Below, one piece after another: positions 58,547-64,000 of a DNA stretch of 64,000 nt (position 1 is the first letter of the stretch; every line of letters begins with the position of its first letter). The notes under the pieces were generated by a model. The model worked only from the letters and a program-made list of their open reading frames with translations. It was not told the DNA's origin and did not search any database. This stretch comes from Candidatus Nomurabacteria bacterium (GTDB lineage Bacteria > Patescibacteriota > Minisyncoccia > Phycocordibacterales > CAIJYI01), in the NCBI GenBank assembly GCA_943356445.1, contig CALREZ010000001.1:15818-79817 (forward strand), written 5' to 3'. The translations under genes and the position numbers were made by a program.

Positions 58547-58580
58547 GAAAACCGGCATGAGGTACATCATGCCGGTTTTC
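58547..58580 (+). terminator. Terminator-like hairpin after tRNA locus
   Basis: GAAAACCGGCATGA-N6-TCATGCCGGTTTTC, 14-bp stem. Confidence 0.75.
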
Positions 58581-58650
58581 TTGACTTCTTGTGCGTTTCA
58601 GGTAGCCTGTAGGGAGAATACAAAACAATATAACTAAAGGGGTTATTATC

Positions 58651-59016
58651 GTGTCAAACTATGTTATTTCAAATGAGCAAAAAGACCTCTACCATGAGCT
58701 CAAAGATCGTTTAGTGTATTTGATCCTAAAAAGCAAAAGAGAAATTCTTGATATCGTATCAAACCGAATCTATCTCTGTGAAGACGGAGAATGGACGATT
58801 ATTTCTGAAAAACATGAAGTAACCGAGGGGACGCTTTCTCTTCATGTTCTTCTTACCGAATATGCCTGTCATTTGATGGGCGGAAGGAATTTGGGAATAA
58901 TGGTTATTAAAGACCAGGAAACATTCAACCGACTTTTTAACGGTTTTATTGAACTGATGAAAGTTGACGAAGAATTTTTGACGGGCGATCCGTACGATAC
59001 GGATCTTTTGGTTTGA
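58651..59016 (+). CDS. Hypothetical protein
   Basis: 121-aa ORF, GTG start with AAAGGGG upstream, followed by the ankyrin gene. Confidence 0.65.
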   Translation: MSNYVISNEQKDLYHELKDRLVYLILKSKREILDIVSNRIYLCEDGEWTIISEKHEVTEGTLSLHVLLTEYACHLMGGRNLGIMVIKDQETFNRLFNGFIELMKVDEEFLTGDPYDTDLLV

Positions 59017-59044
59017 TAAAGCTTAAAATAAAAAGGAGATAAAA

Positions 59045-59476
59045 ATGACTCAAACTTGCGCATGCCCCGGTTTTTCCGCTGCGACGCATATATTGCATAT
59101 GGCGGCGCGCGCCGGACTATCTAAAGTGATCGTTGCCGCGCTTGAAGAAGGCGCTGATATCAAGGCTCGCGAATATGACGAACGCTGCCCCGATACCGGT
59201 TATGATGCTTTGGCTCTCGCTACTTACTTTGGACACCTTAATGCGGTAAGAGTTCTCACCGCTTTCGGCGCGGATCATGATGTTCTGGTTGAAAAAGGAA
59301 CGACGCTTTTGATTGTTGCCGCCCTGCAAGGGCACACGAAAATTGGCGAGTATCTTATCTCTCTCGGATTGCCGATTGATGTCGTTGACGGCGATGGCGA
59401 CTCCGCCCTGTCGGTGGCAAAAAGAGGCAATCATAAAGAATTTATAGCGATGCTTGAAAAGCATATGAAGCGATGA
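59045..59476 (+). CDS. Ankyrin-repeat protein
   Basis: LHMAARAG...GADI, ALALATYFGH, LLIVAALQGH, DGDSALSVA..GN; AAGGAG SD; terminator at 59481-59513. Confidence 0.9.
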   Translation: MTQTCACPGFSAATHILHMAARAGLSKVIVAALEEGADIKAREYDERCPDTGYDALALATYFGHLNAVRVLTAFGADHDVLVEKGTTLLIVAALQGHTKIGEYLISLGLPIDVVDGDGDSALSVAKRGNHKEFIAMLEKHMKR

Positions 59477-59587
59477 TTTTAAAACCGTTCCGGTATTTAC
59501 GGAACGGTTTTTTCTTGCCAAAACTCTGTCTTTGTGGTAGAACGAATGGGACGTTGGACATTGAAATCAGCCTAAAGGAGGGCGAAA

Positions 59588-60859
59588 ATGGAAGGAAAAA
59601 GAAAGAAATATAATAGAGAAGCGGAACAACTTCTCAGAAAACTTTCGACTCATGAAAATGAATTAACTAATAGTGAACATTTTGAACTGAATGAAATATT
59701 CGGTGCACATTGTTATTCACCTTTGGATGAACTCGTTATCGAAAAAACTCGCGGAGTATGGGTGTGGGATATTGAAGGAAAAAGATACATGGACGGACTT
59801 TCCGCTTATTCCGCGCATAATGCCGGGCATTGCCATAGGACAATCGTCAAAGCAATGCGCGAACAAATTGGAAAATGCGATACGACCTCGGGCGCTTTCT
59901 TGCATAAAGAATTAGGGCCGTTCAAAGCTGAACTTGCCGCATTTTGCGGGAAGGATATGGTTTGGCCGCAAAATGGCGGAGTTGAAGCATGGGAATTTGC
60001 GGTTAAAGTTTCTCGTCTTTGGGGGTATCGTGAAGCAAAGGGAGTTCCCGAAGAAAAAGCGGAGATAATCGTTATGAGAGGGAACTTTCATGGACGAACT
60101 CTCGCTGCAACCAGCGCTTCTTCCGAACCTGCTTACAAAAAAGGTTTTGGACCGTTTCTTCCCGGTTTTGTCTGGGTTGATTATGACGACACCGAAGCTT
60201 TGCAAAACGCCATTACCCCAAATACCGTCGCTGTTATTTTTGAACCAATTCAAGGCGAAGCAGGAATTAAAGTTCCTCGTTTCGGGTATTTGAAAGCGGT
60301 AAGAGAATTGTGCGACAAACATAATATCTTGATGGTTGCTGACGAAATACAAGTCGGTCTTGGACGCACCGGATATAAATTCGCTTGCGACTATGAAAGT
60401 GTTGTTCCGGATCTTTACATTATCGGTAAGGCTTTGGGCGGCGGATCTGTCCCGGTTTCAGCTGTTGCCGGAAATAAAGACATTCTCGGGCTTATCGAGC
60501 CTGGCACGCACGGCTCGACCTTTGCGGGAAATCCGCTGTCTTGCCGTGCGGCTCGTGCATATCTTCGCGTATACGAAGAAGAAGATCTGGCTGAAAAATC
60601 GCGAGTAATGGGAAATTATTTCATGGATCGTCTCTCTACCATATTTTCGTCGCATATCAAGGAAATCCGGGGAAGAGGCTTGCTTATCGGTGTTGAACTC
60701 AATAGTCCAGCCCGTCCTTTCTGTGAAGAATTGAAAAGACTGGGGCTTTTATGTAAGGAAACACATGGAAATATCATTCGTATTGCTCCGCCTCTGGTCA
60801 TTACCAAAAAACAAATAGACTGGGCGGTAAAACGCATCAAAAAGGTTCTTGAAGCCTAG
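59588..60859 (+). CDS. rocD: Ornithine aminotransferase (class III PLP)
   Basis: LSAYSA, FHGRT, EPIQGEAG, DEIQVGLGRTG, GKALGGG, HGSTFAGNP, KETH; terminator at 60870-60901. Confidence 0.92.
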   Translation: MEGKRKKYNREAEQLLRKLSTHENELTNSEHFELNEIFGAHCYSPLDELVIEKTRGVWVWDIEGKRYMDGLSAYSAHNAGHCHRTIVKAMREQIGKCDTTSGAFLHKELGPFKAELAAFCGKDMVWPQNGGVEAWEFAVKVSRLWGYREAKGVPEEKAEIIVMRGNFHGRTLAATSASSEPAYKKGFGPFLPGFVWVDYDDTEALQNAITPNTVAVIFEPIQGEAGIKVPRFGYLKAVRELCDKHNILMVADEIQVGLGRTGYKFACDYESVVPDLYIIGKALGGGSVPVSAVAGNKDILGLIEPGTHGSTFAGNPLSCRAARAYLRVYEEEDLAEKSRVMGNYFMDRLSTIFSSHIKEIRGRGLLIGVELNSPARPFCEELKRLGLLCKETHGNIIRIAPPLVITKKQIDWAVKRIKKVLEA

Positions 60860-60967
60860 GTGAAACACTATCGCCCCGACGAGTATCGGGGCGATTTTTT
60901 TATTGACTTTTTATTTATTTCATGATACAATAATAACCAGATTTTGACAACATGAAAGGTGAAAGCC

Positions 60968-61603
60968 ATGAGCACGAAACAAGAAAAGGTGCCGGTGGTC
61001 ACCTATGCACTACTCGAGAAAATTGAGACTCGTAAAACTCAAAAGGAAAAACAACGCAAGCTGGAATCTTCGTACCGCGCTGGCGCAAAAAAACAAGAAG
61101 CTCTTTTACTGAAACAAAGGGCGGAACGCGAGCGATTGCGCGCAGTAAAAGAAGAACTTCGCGAGGAAATCAGACGCACTCACGTCATACCTTCTTTTAT
61201 CTTGGAAAGAAAACGCGCAAAAAAAGAAGAGCAAAAGAAAGCGAAAGAATTTGCTTTTGTTGAACGGCACCGTCAAAAAAAACTTGCGGAAGATATTCTT
61301 CAAGAACAAAAAGAACAAGCTTTTCGCTCAAAACAATTCAGAAAAGAATTGCGTTTGGCCAAAACGGTTCCTCTTGAGATTAAAAGACTGCCACTTTTGT
61401 TTGAAGAAAGCGAAATCGGGAAGGCTCAATTGCTTGAGTGTGAAAAAACAATAGTTCCTCTTTTGGTAAAACTTGCCAAGATCGTCGGCTTTGATGTTGA
61501 ACTTGACGAATTCGGAGAAAAAACCGCTTTAATCTTATGGAAACCTTATCCTTATTGGCGATACGCTTTCTCGGATAAAAAGAGCGGGGCGTTGAATGGA
61601 TAG
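60968..61603 (+). CDS. Hypothetical highly charged alpha-helical protein
   Basis: TTGACT-N17-TACAAT promoter, AAGGTG before ATG at 60968, K/E/R-rich. Confidence 0.7.
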   Translation: MSTKQEKVPVVTYALLEKIETRKTQKEKQRKLESSYRAGAKKQEALLLKQRAERERLRAVKEELREEIRRTHVIPSFILERKRAKKEEQKKAKEFAFVERHRQKKLAEDILQEQKEQAFRSKQFRKELRLAKTVPLEIKRLPLLFEESEIGKAQLLECEKTIVPLLVKLAKIVGFDVELDEFGEKTALILWKPYPYWRYAFSDKKSGALNG

Positions 61604-61617
61604 TTCTCCAAAAACAT

Positions 61618-61649
61618 AATCGGCACAGGGTCTAGACCCTGTGCCGATT
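61618..61649. repeat. Perfect 32-bp palindrome (REP-like, probable bidirectional terminator)
   Basis: AATCGGCACAGGGTCTAGACCCTGTGCCGATT between convergent genes. Confidence 0.85.
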
Positions 61650-61665
61650 TTTATGATGTTGGTTT

Positions 61666-63162
61666 TTAGAATCCCGGGAAGAAATCTTTTTTGATCTGCG
61701 AATCTTTCAGTCCCATTTCTTTTAACGTTTTTTCCAAGGTTATCACCATGGCCATCGGGCCGGCGACGTAAAATGTTCTTTCACGATAATCGGGAATATT
61801 TTTTTCTATGGAATTTTTATCTATGTTTTCGCCTTTGTCGGAAAAGAGATAGGTTGTCCGCAAGCCGAACTTCGCTGCCGCTTCATTGAAGATATTTCTG
61901 TATGAGACGTTCTCTTCTTTTTTGTTTGCATACAGGAGAACAATGTCCCGTTTTTCTCCCGCGTCTGTCGCATATTTTATCATGCTTCTGAAAGGAGTAA
62001 TGCCGATACCTCCGGCGATGAAGGCGAGTTTTTGTTTGGTATCAAGAGGAAGAACGAAGTCTCCGACGAGGTGAGAAGCGATAATAGCGTCGCCGGGCTC
62101 CATGGAGAGCATTTTCTTTTTAAAGGTGCTCCCGTTGTCGCAGAATTTTATGCCGATACGAATCTCGTCTTCCGTCGGAGACGAAGAAATGGTGAGATAC
62201 CGTCTGATTCCGCGATTATCGGGGTTCTCATGCGGAAGCATCCACTCCATATATTGTCCGGCTTTGTAACGGAGCTTTTGAGGGGAATCAAAAACAAATT
62301 CGGCGGTATCGGCGGCGATAACTTCTATTTTTTTTAATTTCAAAAGCAGGTTATCTTTGGTGCTGACGAAGTATGAACCGAGATTGCCAAGCAATAGGGC
62401 GAGTTCCGGCGTGGAATATATTTGTCCGATATGAACCCATGGGACGAAGAGAAAACCGACGGCCGTTCCATAGGCGACGCGCAGTTTTTTTGTCGGGGGG
62501 GTGGTAAGCGGTTCGGTGAGCATAATGAAAGCAAAGAAGAAAAGAGGGGAATTTCCAAGCGCTCGCGAGATGACGGAAAGGGGATTTCCTCCAGAGACAA
62601 TGGCCGGAACGATAATAAAAACCAAAGCCGTAATCAGAAAAGAACCGGCAAGATCAAACCGTCCTATTTTACGGACGAGAAGAAATCCTCCAATCATTAC
62701 GAAAGGAAGCATTGTCGGCGTACCGATCCACCATGTTGCGGAGAGTCCGAGAGTAAGCGATACAAGCGCCACCGCAAAAGCGGCCGGGTTGAAAATGTGC
62801 CGTTTTTTTATGGCGAACATGAATTTGGATGCCATGGCCCAGACGGCTGCCCAAAAGGAGAGCACGTAGTATCTCCAATCTGTTGCTGATGACGGAGGAG
62901 TAATGAGCGCGGTTAAAATGAGGGCGGTGATATACACCGATTCGTCGTTCGCGGGAACCTCAAAGACTTTTGCAAAAATATCATTCGTGAGCGAACAGAA
63001 AAAGAGAAGAAAAGCGGCGGAGAAAATCAGAGAAAAAGGATTGAGATGAAGAACCCCGAAGGAGGCGAGGAATACCGCTCCGGAGAGAATAAAAACAAGC
63101 GTGTAGAGCGTAACGCGGTACATCGTCGCTTTATCTAAAATTTTGTCTATGAAAGTGAACAT
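61666..63162 (-). CDS. NqrB/RnfD-like membrane domain fused to FNR-type FAD/NAD(P) oxidoreductase
   Basis: KRHIFNPAA, FIMLTEPLTTP; AGQY, RYLTISSSP, IAGGIGITPF, YVAGP. Confidence 0.88.
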   Translation of the reverse strand: MFTFIDKILDKATMYRVTLYTLVFILSGAVFLASFGVLHLNPFSLIFSAAFLLFFCSLTNDIFAKVFEVPANDESVYITALILTALITPPSSATDWRYYVLSFWAAVWAMASKFMFAIKKRHIFNPAAFAVALVSLTLGLSATWWIGTPTMLPFVMIGGFLLVRKIGRFDLAGSFLITALVFIIVPAIVSGGNPLSVISRALGNSPLFFFAFIMLTEPLTTPPTKKLRVAYGTAVGFLFVPWVHIGQIYSTPELALLLGNLGSYFVSTKDNLLLKLKKIEVIAADTAEFVFDSPQKLRYKAGQYMEWMLPHENPDNRGIRRYLTISSSPTEDEIRIGIKFCDNGSTFKKKMLSMEPGDAIIASHLVGDFVLPLDTKQKLAFIAGGIGITPFRSMIKYATDAGEKRDIVLLYANKKEENVSYRNIFNEAAAKFGLRTTYLFSDKGENIDKNSIEKNIPDYRERTFYVAGPMAMVITLEKTLKEMGLKDSQIKKDFFPGF

Positions 63163-63184
63163 AATAATTTAAATGTGCCGCCAT

Positions 63185-63210
63185 GGATTCCGGCTCAAGG
63201 CCGGAATGAC
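63185..63210. repeat. dRS3/RPE-like short palindrome
   Basis: GGATTCCGGCTCAAGGCCGGAATGAC, intergenic. Confidence 0.65.
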
Positions 63211-63217
63211 GATATCT

Positions 63218-63958
63218 TTATAAATACTTTTCAAATCCGCTCGTCATGGTTGCTATCCCATTTTTGTCTATCGCGTATCCCTCAAAATCGGCGAGGCTTT
63301 CAATGAAATTGATCCCTTGTTTTCCCATCGCGAAAGCAGGGGTGGCGAAACGGTCGGCTTCGTAGATGTTCGGGCCGATAACGGTAATGCTTGCGATTTC
63401 GTCGGCCGAGGCGTTTTGCTTTGACGGGTTGTAAATATGCTTTCCGCGAGCTTGATTTCCCGATGTCGCGACGCCTCGGTTGCTGATGTTGAGAACTTTT
63501 ACTATCTCTTTTTCGTCAAAAGGGTTGCGTATGCCGATCTTCCATGGCTGACTATTCTCATTTTTGCCTCGCACCTCCATATCACTTCCGACATTAACGT
63601 AAAAATTTTCAAATCCTTCATCTCGTAAAATTTCCGCGGCGTTATAAATAGCCCAGCCTTTTACCAATCCCGACGGGTCCAAAAAACCTCCGGGGGATCG
63701 GATATCAAAATATCCGTCGGAAAGTTTTTTTGTTTCCTCACAGAGCTCAAAAACTTTCCGCATATCGTCGGAAAAATCCTCTTCTCGTATGATGCCGTGG
63801 TTAATCTTCGTTATTTCGCTCGTTTCTTTGTAGACGCTGAATTGTTCGTCAATGGAACGAAAATAAGAAAATACTTTTTCAAAAATACTTTCGGGAATAT
63901 CATTTCCCGGAATATCAACCGTGACGGGCATCCCCATGATGATCCGCTCTTTTTTCAT
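63218..63958 (-). CDS. apbE: FAD:protein FMN transferase
   Basis: MG, FSVYKETSEI, GYFDI, DPSGLVKGWA, WKIGIRNP, VATSG, HIYNP, ADRFAT. Confidence 0.92.
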   Translation of the reverse strand: MKKERIIMGMPVTVDIPGNDIPESIFEKVFSYFRSIDEQFSVYKETSEITKINHGIIREEDFSDDMRKVFELCEETKKLSDGYFDIRSPGGFLDPSGLVKGWAIYNAAEILRDEGFENFYVNVGSDMEVRGKNENSQPWKIGIRNPFDEKEIVKVLNISNRGVATSGNQARGKHIYNPSKQNASADEIASITVIGPNIYEADRFATPAFAMGKQGINFIESLADFEGYAIDKNGIATMTSGFEKYL

Positions 63959-63961
63959 GTT

Positions 63962-64000
63962 TTAGAGAAGAGCTTGTTTAAGGGCGGAATCCAAAGAAGC
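63962..64000 (-). CDS. C-terminus of a probable FMN-binding domain protein (partial)
   Basis: Minus frame reads ASLDSALKQALL*, like the helix that follows the SGAT flavinylation motif; directly upstream of apbE. Only 12 residues are visible. Confidence 0.45.
   Translation of the reverse strand, partial: ASLDSALKQALL

Overview
Low-GC bacterial window, most likely a Patescibacteria/CPR (Parcubacteria-like) chromosome, judged from 16S signatures and gene content. It has four parts. (1) Positions 1-405 hold the 5' part of an ATP-dependent PEP carboxykinase that the ORF track misses. (2) About 0.6-51 kb is a surface-glycan supercluster: many GT4/GT2/GT10/GT11 glycosyltransferases, about 7 methyltransferase domains, a GtrA/GtrB/GT-C set, AsnB, GDP-heptose, GDP-fucose and an atypical pseudaminate-like pathway, Wzm/Wzt, an acpS-fkbH-ACP-maoC-SDR-SDR-MBOAT-SGNH acyl-transfer operon, a second MBOAT/SGNH pair and a WaaL/PglL-TPR protein. 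(3) An unlinked 16S rRNA gene (about 51.56-53.06 kb) has no canonical anti-Shine-Dalgarno and carries an h40 extension. (4) An accessory tail holds REPIN-like elements, a candidate tandem-pseudoknot small RNA, a PP2C/kinase-like pair, tRNA-Ile with an interrupted 3' duplicate, an ankyrin protein, rocD and an ApbE/NqrB-FNR flavinylation module. The best novelty candidates are the FkbH/ACP/MBOAT glycan acylation operon, the tandem-pseudoknot RNA at 54.7-54.85 kb, the PseC-less nonulosonate route and the anti-SD-less ribosome alongside SD-bearing genes. All calls come from reading motifs by eye; no searches were run.
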